NCBI GenBank assembly: GCA_041891055.1
Contig: CP169074.1
Location: 1,632,001-1,696,000, forward strand
DNA: 64,000 nt
Direction: 5' to 3'
Source: Halorutilales archaeon Cl-col2-1
Lineage (GTDB): Archaea > Halobacteriota > Halobacteria > Halobacteriales > Afararchaeaceae
The notes beneath the pieces were generated by a model, which was not told the DNA's origin, made no database searches, and saw only the letters and a list, made by a program, of their open reading frames with translations. A program made the translations under genes and the position numbers. How positions within the stretch are numbered: position 1 is the first letter of the stretch; every line of letters begins with the position of its first letter. Of the stretch, positions 21,027 to 31,397 are shown piece by piece.

Positions 21027-21686
21027 ATGAACGTGTACTTCTACGACCGTCTCCTCGAACGTAAGGTCAGAAGACGTGGTACCCCCGACCACGTAGCCGT
21101 AGTCACGTCCGGCTCCGACTTACTCGACGGTGGCTTCGAGACGGTATCCGACCTCCTATGCTGGTTCTCCGAACTCGAGGTCGAACGAGTCAGTCTCTAC
21201 GTTAGTTTAGCCGATTCCGACGACCCCGCCGAGATATACGACGGCATTTCACGTCTCGACATTCCAGGCGTCGGTGTCGATGCAGTCGGGGACAGTCACG
21301 GTCACGGGGACGGAACTTCGACCCACAGACCCATAGACATAGAGGAAGCCGGTGGGTCGGAGGACGAGACCCGAGTCAAGGTCTCAGTCGGACTCGGCGG
21401 ACGCAACGAGTTCGTCGGTGCACTCAGACAGATGGCGCGCGAGGTAGAGGACGACGAACTCGATCCCGATGACGTAGACGAGGAGACCATAGAGAGACAT
21501 CTCGTCTTCAAGGGTGAGCCCGACATGATGATAACCGGAAACGACCGACTCTCCGACTTCATGATCTGGCAGTCGGTCTACACAGAGCTATACTTCGCCG
21601 ACTTCTCGTGGGACTCGCTCAGGAAACGTGACCTTCTACGTGCATTCAGGGAGTTTCAGGACAGGGAGAGACGGTTCGGAAAGTGA
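21027..21686 (+). CDS. cis-prenyltransferase (UppS)-like protein, likely non-catalytic
   Basis: PDHVAVV, EPD, RLSDFMIWQSVYTELYF, RRFGK; canonical DGNRR absent. Confidence 0.82.
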   Translation: MNVYFYDRLLERKVRRRGTPDHVAVVTSGSDLLDGGFETVSDLLCWFSELEVERVSLYVSLADSDDPAEIYDGISRLDIPGVGVDAVGDSHGHGDGTSTHRPIDIEEAGGSEDETRVKVSVGLGGRNEFVGALRQMAREVEDDELDPDDVDEETIERHLVFKGEPDMMITGNDRLSDFMIWQSVYTELYFADFSWDSLRKRDLLRAFREFQDRERRFGK

Positions 21687-21702
21687 TCATGATCAAGCAA
21701 AC

Positions 21703-22611
21703 TCAAGGGAACTCCCTCAGGCTCTTGTGTATGTCGAGACCCGCCTTCGCGCCCTTTCCGACACCTATCGGGATCTGGTTGTTCTCGTCTGTGACGTCTC
21801 CGACGGCGTAGAGACCGTCGATGTCTGTCTTAGCGTCGTCGTCGATCACAGCATAGCCCGAGTCGTTGAGTTCGGCTCCGAGGCTCTCGAGTATCCCGTT
21901 GTTGACCCTACCGCCTAGCATCGCGAAGCCTCTGTCGAACTTCCGCGACTCGCCGTCTTCGAAGACGAGACGTTCGAGGTGTTCGTCTCCCTCCGCACAA
22001 GCTATCTCCTTCTCGACGACGTCTATCCCGTTCGCCTCGATCTTCTCGGAGTACTCTTCGCTCAACTCGGGAGTCTCGCCGTTCGTGAGGAATGTGACGT
22101 CGTCAGTGAAGTTGAGGAGAATGAGTGCAACGACTGCGGCGTGGTCGTCGTCGCCTAAGACGAAGACGTCCTCGTCTATACATAGATGGGCATCACAGTG
22201 GAGACAGTAATGCACCTCGTGTCCGTTGAAACGTCCGAGTCCCGGAACCTGGGGAAAGACGTCCATCATTCCCGTCGCGACGACGAGTGCACGCGAAGTA
22301 TAGACGTCACCGCTGTCCGTCTCGACGTGGAAGACGCCGTCTTCCTTCGTCGCGTCGACAGTCTTGTCGTGGACGAACTCGCCTCCGTGTTTCTTCACCT
22401 GGTCTATGCCGACCGACTGTAAGTCGTCGCCCGTGTTGTCGTCGGTCACTCCTATGTAGTTGTGGACGTGGCGTACCTGGTTTATACGTCCGCCACCCTT
22501 GTCTATCACTAACGTCGGATGGTTGAGACGTGACGTGTAGAGTGCGGCTGAGAGTCCGGCGACTCCTGCGCCTATCACGATGTTGTCGTAGTCAGGATCA
22601 GTCTTCTGCAT
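21703..22611 (-). CDS. Thioredoxin-reductase-like FAD/NAD(P) oxidoreductase
   Basis: GAGVAG, ATG, YCLHCD, GLYAVGD. Confidence 0.88.
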   Translation of the reverse strand: MQKTDPDYDNIVIGAGVAGLSAALYTSRLNHPTLVIDKGGGRINQVRHVHNYIGVTDDNTGDDLQSVGIDQVKKHGGEFVHDKTVDATKEDGVFHVETDSGDVYTSRALVVATGMMDVFPQVPGLGRFNGHEVHYCLHCDAHLCIDEDVFVLGDDDHAAVVALILLNFTDDVTFLTNGETPELSEEYSEKIEANGIDVVEKEIACAEGDEHLERLVFEDGESRKFDRGFAMLGGRVNNGILESLGAELNDSGYAVIDDDAKTDIDGLYAVGDVTDENNQIPIGVGKGAKAGLDIHKSLREFP

Positions 22612-22682
22612 CTGTGTTATACTTGAAGCGTCGTAAAGTTACAGTTACTGTTTTAGATCCGACCGGGTAACGCGAACCCCAC

Positions 22683-23555
22683 TCAGATATAACTCCATAT
22701 TCCGAGTTTATACAGCAGAATTCCTACGCCGATAATGACTCCGACTAATCCGGGGTAGAACAGCGACTTGTACGACGACTTGAACTTCTTCTCTATCTCC
22801 TCTTCTCCGTGGTTTGAAAGTATGAAGAGGTCACCGCCGCATTCTGTCAGTTTCGTGGTAGTCCCTTCTCTGTCATCCTCCATGCGTGCGCTCCCTTTCG
22901 TATCCGCACATCCGAGCGCGTAGACTGCTTCCCCCGGCTCGATCACCCCCTCCATGTACCGACGTGTACCGTGTTTGGTTCCGATGTCGACGGCGTTCAG
23001 AGGAGTGTCCGTATCCTCGTATAGACCGTGTTTCTCATGTAACTCACGTATGTTCGTAGGGGTTTCCTCTGAAGGGTCAAGCTCGTACTCCTTGGGGAAA
23101 GACCTAAACTCGATCAGTGCGTCGTCCATCCGAATACCCTGGTTCGCGCTTATGCCCGTTGTCTGAGTCCACTTTCCCGCCGTATCTGTCCTCGAAATAG
23201 ATTCGACGGTTATCTCCCCCGTGTCGTCCTCTATAACGAACTCTGCAACCTCGATACCACGTGCCACTTCGCGCCACGTCGACCTGTCGCCCCGCTCGTC
23301 CCACTCCTCTATCTTCCAAGCGGTTGCGAGAGCTTCACGTTCGGTAACGGGGGCTCTGATCGTTTCAGAACAGTCTGACTCGACCGCGGTTCCCTCGACT
23401 TCTACTGTCTCGGGCGGATCGACTACACCCACGTCTACCGTCCTGACCGACTCCATGTATCTGTAGATCCCCCGCCGTTTCCAGCCCTTGTACATCCCAA
23501 CTATTCCAACTGTGATAACAAGAGAAGTCGTGATGTATGTGATCTCATTTATCAC
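22683..23555 (-). CDS. GIDE-domain-like membrane protein
   Basis: N- and C-terminal TM helices, VEVEG, F.IEDDTG, RRYMEGVIEPGE.VYALG; lower GC than flanks. Confidence 0.6.
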   Translation of the reverse strand: MINEITYITTSLVITVGIVGMYKGWKRRGIYRYMESVRTVDVGVVDPPETVEVEGTAVESDCSETIRAPVTEREALATAWKIEEWDERGDRSTWREVARGIEVAEFVIEDDTGEITVESISRTDTAGKWTQTTGISANQGIRMDDALIEFRSFPKEYELDPSEETPTNIRELHEKHGLYEDTDTPLNAVDIGTKHGTRRYMEGVIEPGEAVYALGCADTKGSARMEDDREGTTTKLTECGGDLFILSNHGEEEIEKKFKSSYKSLFYPGLVGVIIGVGILLYKLGIWSYI

Positions 23556-23671
23556 GTCATCGGTTTTGATATACAGGAGTTAAGAATTTTCCCGTAATGG
23601 AGTAGTTATGGTTCGGATATTCTATAGATATAGAAGAGGTAAGTGACGGAGGTTAAGTTCAGACTGCTTAA

Positions 23672-24190
23672 GTCAACAACCCCGCCCTACTTCGCTCGGG
23701 GCTTGCGCCCACTCGCTCGTGGAGGGCGTATGCTGAGGCTCCCTCAGCATGCTCGTGAATCTTCGATTCACGAACGGGGCTTGTCCGTGTTCTCTCCCTC
23801 GACCGCAGTACCGTTCCGTACTGCGTGGGCGGTCGAACCGCGCTCAGGGTCATTGTTCCGGACTTCGGGGCGCGTTCGGAAATCTCCGATTTCCGAGCCA
23901 TCCAGATCAAAGATCTGGAGACGTTGACTGGTGCCCATCCATCCGAACAACTGTTGGCTCGGATGGATGTGCTTATAGGTAATCTCCGAAGTCCAATAAG
24001 TGTACGGCTTCCTCCCCGCCCTACTGCGCTTCTTGTCCGCGTAAGCGGACTGCGGTGTGTTGAAAATCGGAGATTTTCATACGTATGCGAATCTCTGATT
24101 CGCAACACTCCTTGAGGACGTCCCGAGATCTCCGATCTCGCGGGCTCAGAAATCTCAGATTTCTGAACGGGGACTCCGCCTGCACAAGGT
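23672..24190 (-). mobile_element. Non-autonomous IS200/IS605 (IS1341-type) remnant with both ends and no intact tnpB
   Basis: Minus strand ends ...AAGCCCCG...GTAGGGCGGGGTTGTTGAC (right-end-like) and begins GGCGGAGTCCCCG...GTAGGGCGGGGAGGAAGCCG (left-end-like); no credible ORF; left boundary approximate. Confidence 0.7.
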
Positions 24191-24226
24191 TGAAGTCGAA
24201 CCGTCGATGAGACTATTTCTATTCAC

Positions 24227-24410
24227 GAGTCCGCAAAATCAGAGATTTATGGGCCAGCGCGGATTTGAACTACGGTCACTTAGGTTCCCTAATTCAAATC
24301 CGCTTGTCCCATTCGTTTCCTCACTGCGTTCGGTCTCTCATGGGCCATTCGTAAATCGAAGATTTATGAGTCCGCAAAACCGAAGGTTTTGGGCCAGCGC
24401 GGATTTGAAC
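24227..24410 (-). repeat. About 140-bp unit duplicating the tRNA-Ile 3' end, with an inverted partial copy
   Basis: TGGGCCAGCGCGGATTTGAAC at 24250-24270 and 24390-24410; inverted TTCAAATCCGCTTGTCCCA at 24293-24311. Confidence 0.8.
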
Positions 24411-24463
24411 CGCGGACCTCCCGGTTATCAGCCGAGCGCTCAACCTAGCTAAGCTACTGGCCC
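24390..24463 (-). tRNA. tRNA-Ile(GAT)
   Basis: GGGCCAG acceptor stem, anticodon arm CTCGG-CT-GAT-AA-CCGGG, T-loop GGTTCAAATCC. Confidence 0.96.
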
Positions 24464-24517
24464 TCAGGTCGAAGTTTGGACGACTCTCGTTTTAAGCTTT
24501 CTTTTTCCGCTCCTATC

Positions 24518-24910
24518 CTAATACGTCTCGACGTGGACATAGCCTTGCTGAGCCTTCCGCCTGAAGTACGACTGGACGACCCTTCTGAGGGGTGGACGTG
24601 TGAAAGGCAGTAGGAAGACGAAACCGACTCCGTCGGTGATCAGTCCCGGCGTCGCAAGGAGTGCCGCGCCAGCGATTATGAGGGCGCCGTCGGTGAGTTC
24701 GTCCGACGGAGATGCTCCCTGCTGGAGCCTGTGCTGTATCCGTCTCACAGTCTGTACTCCTTGAGAACGTGCGAGGTAGGCTCCTACTACCCCTGTGAGT
24801 ATCACGACGCCGAGTGTCTCAACCGGACCAATGACGTCGGCTATCCGTAGTAGGAGAAGCAGGTCGACAAACGGTATCACCGTAAAGACCAGCAGGAGAC
24901 GTCCGAGCAT
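24518..24910 (-). CDS. fxsA: FxsA family membrane protein
   Basis: ARSQG, GAALLATPGLITD..G motifs. Confidence 0.88.
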   Translation of the reverse strand: MLGRLLLVFTVIPFVDLLLLLRIADVIGPVETLGVVILTGVVGAYLARSQGVQTVRRIQHRLQQGASPSDELTDGALIIAGAALLATPGLITDGVGFVFLLPFTRPPLRRVVQSYFRRKAQQGYVHVETY

Positions 24911-25060
24911 ATATGATACACGGCTCTCATGTAGAAGAGGTTTGTGGCTGTGGCTGTCGCCGTCGTCGTCAAGAAATTTTAAATAGTCGGCATCTCTAAG
25001 TACGACATAGTTCTGAGTTTTGATGAGACAGACTACCCAGCTAAGGAGAGACGAGATATA

Positions 25061-25774
25061 ATGATGAACCCTAACAGTAACAGAACAGACAGAGACACAC
25101 CTACAGTCACCCCGAGCGGAATCGAGCTAGACGCGCCCGCTAACAGGGCGGGAATAGACGAGGAAGATGTCGCCGAGGGAACCACAACGATAGGACTCAC
25201 GACAGAAGACGCCGTCGTGCTTGCGACCGAGAGACGTGCGAGCATGGGCAACATCGTCGCGAGCAAGACAGCGAAGAAGATCTACCAGGTCACCGACTCG
25301 GCAGGTCTCACGATAAGCGGAGGAGTCGGAGACGGTCAGAGTCTCGCTAAGACTCTCAAGATCGAGTCGAACCTCTACGAGACACGTAGGGACAAGTCGA
25401 TATCCATGAAGGCGCTCGCGAGCATGGCGGGCAACATAATGAGGTCGATCCGTTTCTTCGTCGTCCCCATACTCGGAGGCGTCGACGACGACGGTCCCCA
25501 CGTATTCACACTCGATCCCGCGGGAGGAGTCATGGAGGAGAACTACGCCACGACGGGCAGCGGCTCTGTGATCGCGTACGGAGTCTTAGAGGACAAGTTC
25601 ACCGAGGATCTCTCGGTCGATGAGGCAAAGAGCCTCGCAGTCAGGTCACTCCAGAGTGCGATGGAGAGAGACACCGCGAGTGGAAACGGAATTCTTCTGT
25701 CTACTATAACCCCTGACGAGGGATTCGAGATGGTCGACGACGACGAGATAGAAGAGATAATAGAGGAGCTGTAG
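25061..25774 (+). CDS. psmB: Proteasome beta subunit with propeptide
   Basis: GTTTIGL autocleavage site, RASMG, TGSGS, RDTASGNG. Confidence 0.96.
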   Translation: MMNPNSNRTDRDTPTVTPSGIELDAPANRAGIDEEDVAEGTTTIGLTTEDAVVLATERRASMGNIVASKTAKKIYQVTDSAGLTISGGVGDGQSLAKTLKIESNLYETRRDKSISMKALASMAGNIMRSIRFFVVPILGGVDDDGPHVFTLDPAGGVMEENYATTGSGSVIAYGVLEDKFTEDLSVDEAKSLAVRSLQSAMERDTASGNGILLSTITPDEGFEMVDDDEIEEIIEEL

Positions 25775-25804
25775 ACCGGCTTTTTCTCTCCCCGCCGTAC
25801 AAAC

Positions 25805-27718
25805 ATGAACACCCAAGACGAGCTCGAAGATATCAAGAGACAGATCGAGACAGAGTTACCAGCAGGCGTCGGTGTAAGCAACGTCGAGTACGAGGGTCCA
25901 GAGCTCGTGATCTACACGAGCGACCCGAAGAAGTTCGCACACGACGGCGACCTAGTCCGCCAGTTGGCTAGGAAGCTCAGGAAACGCATTACTGTACGTC
26001 CCGACCCCAGCGTCCTCATGGAGCCCGAGACGACACGTGACGAGATAGAGGAGGTAGTCCCCGACGAGGCGGGCATCACTGACTACGAGTTCAACCCCGA
26101 CCTCGGAGAGATCACTATAAAGGCGAAGAAGCCGGGTCTCGTGATAGGAAAGAACGGATCGACACTACGTGAGATCACGCGCGCGACGGGATGGACTCCC
26201 GATGTCGTCAGGACGCCTCCGATAGAGTCGAGGACTGTGAGGGACATACGCCGTTACCTCAGACACGAGAGCGACGAGAGGAAGGAGTTCCTGCGCAAGA
26301 CGGGCAAGAGGATACACAGGGACACGACTACCGACGAGGACGAGGAGTGGGTACGTGTCACCTCGCTCGGATGCTGCCGTGAGGTCGGAAGGGCGTCTTT
26401 CATACTCTCGACTCCCGAGACACGTGTTCTCATCGACTGCGGTGATAAGCCAGGTACCGACGAGAGCCCACATCTCGAAGTCCCCGAGGCGAACCCCCTC
26501 AACCAGTTAGACGCGGTAGTTCTGACACACGCACATCTCGACCACTCCGCCCTGATACCCCTCCTCTTCAAGTACGGCTACGACGGTCCCGTCTACATGA
26601 CACCCCCGACGCGTGACCTGATGGGTCTTCTCCAGCAGGACTACCTCGACGTCGCCGCGAAGGAGGGCAGGACGCCGCCCTACACGAGTGAGATGGCTAG
26701 GGAGGCGATAAAACACAGTATCACTCTCGAATACGGTGATGTCACCGACATAGCTCCCGACATCAAGCTCACCTTCCACAACGCGGGACATATACTCGGG
26801 AGCGCTATAGCACATTTCCACATAGGCGACGGACTTTACAACGTCGGCTTCTCGGGCGACATACATTACAAGGACACTCGTCTCTTCAACGGCGCCGTCA
26901 ACGACTTCCCACGCCTCGAAACCCTCTTCCTCGAGTCGACCTACGGAGGCAGGAACGACACACAGCCTTCGAGGGACGAGGCGGAGAGAAAGCTCAAAAA
27001 TGTCATAAAGAGGACAGCCGAGAGAGGAGGAAAGACTCTGATACCCGCGTTCTCGGTCGGAAGGTCACAGGAGCTGATGGTCGTCTTGGAGGAGGCTATG
27101 CGGAACGGAGAGATACCCGAGATGCCCGTCTACCTCGACGGAATGATCTGGGAGGCGACAGCGATACATACCGCACACCCCGAGTACCTCAACGACGATC
27201 TCAGGAACCGTATCTTCCACGAGGACGAGAACCCGTTCCTCGCCGACTACTTCGAGCAGGTCGACGAGGGAACCGAGCAGAGACAGGAGATACGTGACGG
27301 CGGTCCCTCGGTAGTCCTCGCTACGAACGGAATGATGGCGGGTGGTCCCGTGATGGAGCATCTCCAGTTCCTCGCGCCCGACGACGAGAACTCGCTCGTC
27401 TTCGTCGGATACCAGGCTGAGGGTACGACGGGAAGTAGCATACAGTCGGGGCGTAACGAGGTACGTGTCTCGGGAGGCGACGGAAGATCCGAGACGGTCA
27501 AGATAAACTTAGAAGTCACCACAGTAGAGGGATTCTCGGGACACGCCGACAGGGAAGGTCTCGTCAAGTTCGTCGAGACGATGAATCCGCGTCCCGAGAA
27601 GATATTCACCGTCCACGGCGACGAGTCGAACACGAAGGATCTCGCGTCGTCGCTGTATCAGAAGTTCAACATGAGAACCATATCGCCGATGAACCTCGAG
27701 ACCTACAGGTTCATATAG
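25805..27718 (+). CDS. Beta-CASP ribonuclease aCPSF1 (FttA, transcription termination factor)
   Basis: Two KH domains, THAHLDH, AGHILGS, FSGHAD. Confidence 0.96.
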   Translation: MNTQDELEDIKRQIETELPAGVGVSNVEYEGPELVIYTSDPKKFAHDGDLVRQLARKLRKRITVRPDPSVLMEPETTRDEIEEVVPDEAGITDYEFNPDLGEITIKAKKPGLVIGKNGSTLREITRATGWTPDVVRTPPIESRTVRDIRRYLRHESDERKEFLRKTGKRIHRDTTTDEDEEWVRVTSLGCCREVGRASFILSTPETRVLIDCGDKPGTDESPHLEVPEANPLNQLDAVVLTHAHLDHSALIPLLFKYGYDGPVYMTPPTRDLMGLLQQDYLDVAAKEGRTPPYTSEMAREAIKHSITLEYGDVTDIAPDIKLTFHNAGHILGSAIAHFHIGDGLYNVGFSGDIHYKDTRLFNGAVNDFPRLETLFLESTYGGRNDTQPSRDEAERKLKNVIKRTAERGGKTLIPAFSVGRSQELMVVLEEAMRNGEIPEMPVYLDGMIWEATAIHTAHPEYLNDDLRNRIFHEDENPFLADYFEQVDEGTEQRQEIRDGGPSVVLATNGMMAGGPVMEHLQFLAPDDENSLVFVGYQAEGTTGSSIQSGRNEVRVSGGDGRSETVKINLEVTTVEGFSGHADREGLVKFVETMNPRPEKIFTVHGDESNTKDLASSLYQKFNMRTISPMNLETYRFI

Positions 27719-27722
27719 AAAA

Positions 27723-28199
27723 ATGAAGCTCTCCGAGGACACCGTAGAAGAAGTCAGACGCGAGGTCGTCGACGACGCCGACGAGATAACGCGTCTCATA
27801 AACTTCGCGCGCCGAAAACTCGGCGAGGTCTTCGACCAGGAAGTCAGAGACGTCACCGAGGACGAGGTCATAGACGAGTTCGAGACGGTTCTTGAGGACG
27901 AAGATCTCGCGGTCAACCTCGCCGCACTCGTGAGACTCGGAGAGGGTCTCGAAGTCGAGAACGACTACGACGGCTTCATAGTAGACGAAATTATAGGTAG
28001 AAGAATCGCTTCTATGATAGCGGGCGACGACCCACACAGGACACTCGCCGAGTCGACCTTCCATTACATCGACGTATACACGGCAGAGGTGGTGGACGAG
28101 GACGGAAGATCCGCGGGACACGACGACGTACTCGCGGGGATAGCCGCGGGGATACAGACACGTCTTCCGGGATGGGACTGGGACTCTACTGAGACTTAG
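27723..28199 (+). CDS. Hypothetical acidic protein
   Basis: Host-like codon usage, follows aCPSF1 by 4 nt. Confidence 0.65.
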   Translation: MKLSEDTVEEVRREVVDDADEITRLINFARRKLGEVFDQEVRDVTEDEVIDEFETVLEDEDLAVNLAALVRLGEGLEVENDYDGFIVDEIIGRRIASMIAGDDPHRTLAESTFHYIDVYTAEVVDEDGRSAGHDDVLAGIAAGIQTRLPGWDWDSTET

Positions 28200-28884
28200 C
28201 TCCCTCGACGGTCTGTCTCAGAGCCTCGACGCCCTCGTCGTAGACGGCGTCTCCGACTACGACTGTATCAGCGTACTCCGCCATCTCCTCCGCCTTCTCG
28301 TACGAGTCTATTCCTCCGCCGTAGAAGAGCGCGGCGTCTTCGAGAGCCTCCGAGACTTCCTCGACTACGTCAGGATCGCCGTATGTCCCCGAGTACTCGA
28401 CGTATATGATAGGTAGGTTAAACGCCTTCTCGCCGACGACTGCGTAAGAAGCGACGTTGTCGGCATCTATATCGGTGTAGGAGTTGGTTAGCTCAGCCAC
28501 CGCGCTGTCGGGGTTGAGAACGATGTAGCCCTCCATCGCTGTCCGATCCCACCGTATCTCGTCCCTCTGATCCTTAACCCACTCCTTGTGGGCACCCGTG
28601 ACCCAGAGGACATCTCCCGCGTTGAGAACCGTCGGAACGAAGACCCAGTCGACGTCGTGTACCACAGCGGAGGGGTTCGAGGGTTCGAGAGTCAGAGGAA
28701 CTTCCTTCTCCCTCAGAACCTCTGTGAGTGTGTGTATCTTCTCCTCTGTGATTCTCTGTGTACCTCCGACCATTATAGCGTCGGTGCCCGAGTCACAGAC
28801 CTCGACTACGTCTTCCCTGCTGATATCCTTGTCTGGGTCTAGCTTCGTGATGTGATCCCAGTCGTTCCAGTCGCCGAAGTTCAT
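28186..28884 (-). CDS. Geranylgeranylglyceryl phosphate synthase (PcrB group)
   Basis: HITKLDPDK, IMVGGT, YVEYSG, FYGGGI, VVVG. Confidence 0.93.
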   Translation of the reverse strand: MNFGDWNDWDHITKLDPDKDISREDVVEVCDSGTDAIMVGGTQRITEEKIHTLTEVLREKEVPLTLEPSNPSAVVHDVDWVFVPTVLNAGDVLWVTGAHKEWVKDQRDEIRWDRTAMEGYIVLNPDSAVAELTNSYTDIDADNVASYAVVGEKAFNLPIIYVEYSGTYGDPDVVEEVSEALEDAALFYGGGIDSYEKAEEMAEYADTVVVGDAVYDEGVEALRQTVEGAKSQ

Positions 28885-28928
28885 GGGTCTGAGTCAGTCT
28901 CCGAGATAAAAAGAGTTGACTATATAAT

Positions 28929-29162
28929 TCACTCGTCGAAGATCTTCCTGTCGACGAACCAGAAGATACACGCTCCTATAAACTGGGTTATAATGAGGTT
29001 GATCTGGACGGGGAGGCTGAGAAGGTCTAACACAGTCATAGGCAGCATCATCACGAGAGTAGAGAGCTGCCACCTGCCGTGGTAGATGAGGTATCTCTTC
29101 TCCTCACCGTCGGCAACTGGCAGGCGGCTCAGCAGCGGAAACGACCTGTCGGAAGTAGACAT
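28929..29162 (-). CDS. Small two-TM membrane protein
   Basis: RWQLST...IG..IFWFVDRKIF pattern; starts about 5 nt after the tRNA-Thr 3' end. Confidence 0.55.
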   Translation of the reverse strand: MSTSDRSFPLLSRLPVADGEEKRYLIYHGRWQLSTLVMMLPMTVLDLLSLPVQINLIITQFIGACIFWFVDRKIFDE

Positions 29163-29166
29163 TGAC

Positions 29167-29241
29167 AGCCTCGGGAGGGATTTGAACCCTCGACATAGTC
29201 CTTACAAGGGACTCGCTCTGGCCAGTCTGAGCTACCGAGGC
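29167..29241 (-). tRNA. tRNA-Thr(TGT)
   Basis: GCCTCGG acceptor stem, anticodon arm AGTCC-CT-TGT-AA-GGACT, T-loop GGTTCAAATCC. Confidence 0.95.
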
Positions 29242-29323
29242 ACTCAGTCCTTCTACTACATTACGAAGTTCGTCCACTACGGCTTTAAGCTTTTTCTTCG
29301 TGTCTCGGTTCGACCCCACTCTA

Positions 29324-30526
29324 TCAGTCCACGAGAGCCTCTACGGCGGGAAGCTTCTCCCCCGACAGGAAAGACGTAGCCGCGCCACCGCCCGACGATA
29401 TGTGGTCGAAGCCCTTGACGTCAAGTGCGTCTATCGCCGCCGAGGTGTCACCGCCCCCCGCGACCGAGAAACCCGCCTCGGAGGCTCCTTCGAGTACCGC
29501 TTTTGTCCCTCTTGAGAACTCCTCCCTCTCGTAGACCCCCGGCGGACCGTTTACGACGACAGTCCCGGCTTCCTGGAGTATCTGGGAGTACTGTGCCATA
29601 GTCTCTACGCCTATGTCGAGAGCCTGTGACTCGACTGGTAGCTCGTCGACCCCGACCTCGACCCTCTCGCCGTCTCTCTCTACTGCGACGTCCCTCGGAA
29701 TCTCTACGCTGTCGCCGAACTCGTCGAGTATCTCCTTCGCGTCGTCGACGAGTTCCCAGTGTCCCTCGTCACGCAGGAACTCCTCTGTCTCGTCTCCGAC
29801 GTCGACGCCCCGAGCGATGAGGAAGATGTTGCCCGCGATACCTGATATAAGAACCCTCTCAGCGCGGTCTTTCGACAGGACGTTGTGCGTGACGTCTACG
29901 GTGTCGACCGGCTTTCCGCCGCCGAGCGCGAAGACTCTCGGCTTCTCCGACTCGGTCACGCCTCCGAGTACACGTAGCTCCTTCTCCATCAGATCTCCGG
30001 CATACGACGCGAGACGACGCGGGAAGCCCACGAGAGAAGGCTGTGACCGGTGTGCGGCTGAGAAAGCGTCGTTGACGTAGGCATCGAAGAGGGGTGCGAG
30101 CCTCTCTACTTCGTGTGTCTTCGCCGCCCTCTCGGGCTCCATCGTCATGTACTCCTCCGAGTAGAAACGCACGTTTTCGAGGAGGAGGATCTCCCCTTCG
30201 TCCACCTCCTTGACGGCTTCACGTGCACCCTCTCCGAATATCCCGTCGACGTATCCCACCTCCCTCTCGCTTGATACGAGTCTTCCGAGCCTCTCGGCGT
30301 GTCTTTCGAGGGTGGTGAAGTCGTCCTTGCCCGGGCGCGACTGGTGGGCTAAGAGGACGAGGGCAGAGTCGGAGAGACGTCTTATGCTGTCGAGATGTCC
30401 GCGGAGCCTCTTGTCGTCGAGTATACGTCCCGTCGCGGGGTCTATCGGCGAGTTGAAGTCGACGCGCATCAGCACGCGTTTCCCCGCGGATTCGAGGTCG
30501 TCGAGAGAGGACGGAGATGTATTCAT
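29324..30526 (-). CDS. pgk: Phosphoglycerate kinase
   Basis: RVDFNSP, LLENVRF, YVNDAFSAAHR, NGPPG, GGGDT, SSGGGA. Confidence 0.97.
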   Translation of the reverse strand: MNTSPSSLDDLESAGKRVLMRVDFNSPIDPATGRILDDKRLRGHLDSIRRLSDSALVLLAHQSRPGKDDFTTLERHAERLGRLVSSEREVGYVDGIFGEGAREAVKEVDEGEILLLENVRFYSEEYMTMEPERAAKTHEVERLAPLFDAYVNDAFSAAHRSQPSLVGFPRRLASYAGDLMEKELRVLGGVTESEKPRVFALGGGKPVDTVDVTHNVLSKDRAERVLISGIAGNIFLIARGVDVGDETEEFLRDEGHWELVDDAKEILDEFGDSVEIPRDVAVERDGERVEVGVDELPVESQALDIGVETMAQYSQILQEAGTVVVNGPPGVYEREEFSRGTKAVLEGASEAGFSVAGGGDTSAAIDALDVKGFDHISSGGGAATSFLSGEKLPAVEALVD

Positions 30527-30601
30527 TGTCTTATCGTATCTCTTAGTCTGATTATACCTTATGGTAGTTTTTTATCCGTCGCGTCCGTGTCTCGAACCAC
30601 A

Positions 30602-31366
30602 ATGTCGCTGTCGAGAGAGATACGTAACGGCTTCATAGCTGGACTCGCGCTTCTCGCGCCGCTCGCCGTGACCTACTTCGTCCTCAGGTTCATATTTGGG
30701 AAGATCACGGGCTTCATCGAGCCTCTCATAGAGATAATCGGTCTGACTCAGTACACAGCCAACCAGGAGATAGTTGCACAGATAGTCGGTGCTCTCATCG
30801 TCTTCGTCTTCGTGACCCTCGTCGGATCTGTGGCGAAGAAGGGGGTCGGTCAGACAGTCTTCGCCGAGTTCGAACATCTCGTACAGCGTATCCCGGTGGT
30901 CAGTCCGATCTACTCTAGTGTGCGTCAGGTCTCGGACGCCCTCATGGAAAGGGATACGAGGTACGACAGCGTCGTAGTCGTTGAGTGGCCCCGTAAGGGC
31001 GTCTACACGATGGGATTCGTCACCAATGACAGCCCCGAAGAGATTGAGAGGGTGGTCGACATTCGTGAGCGTGAGAGTCCGGAGACGGACGAGTCGGACG
31101 GCGATCGAGACGCGACCGACGAGGACGTCTATAATGTCTTCATACCCATGAGCCCCAACCCCACGGCGGGCTTCCTGTCTATGGTACCCGAGTCACGTCT
31201 CACCGAGGTTGACATATCCGTTGAGAAGGGTCTTAGGATGGTTCTCACGACGGGAATGACTGGCGACGGTGACCACGACCACAACCACCACGACAGCCAG
31301 ACTCAGACTGATGATCTCTCCGACCTCGGCGTTTCGTCCGACGAGACACAGTCCGAAAGGAGTTAA
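30602..31366 (+). CDS. DUF502 family membrane protein
   Basis: FIAGL, RIPVV..IYSSV, VEWPRKG, FIPMSPNPTAG; start at ATG 30602. Confidence 0.9.
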   Translation: MSLSREIRNGFIAGLALLAPLAVTYFVLRFIFGKITGFIEPLIEIIGLTQYTANQEIVAQIVGALIVFVFVTLVGSVAKKGVGQTVFAEFEHLVQRIPVVSPIYSSVRQVSDALMERDTRYDSVVVVEWPRKGVYTMGFVTNDSPEEIERVVDIRERESPETDESDGDRDATDEDVYNVFIPMSPNPTAGFLSMVPESRLTEVDISVEKGLRMVLTTGMTGDGDHDHNHHDSQTQTDDLSDLGVSSDETQSERS

Positions 31367-31397
31367 GTTAAGGAGACTCGGTAACAAGGGTCAGAGT

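Noticed and set aside
23643-24452. Several overlapping ORFs in the IS remnant and tRNA-Ile region
   Set aside because: No TnpA/TnpB motifs; they are read-throughs of palindromes and a tRNA
27118-27145. 12-nt match of the solitary guide (CGAGATGCCCGT) inside aCPSF1, with more similarity after a 4-nt gap
   Set aside because: Position 1 mismatched, no CCN PAM, mid-gene location; an equally long match occurs at 10259-10270, so chance is sufficient
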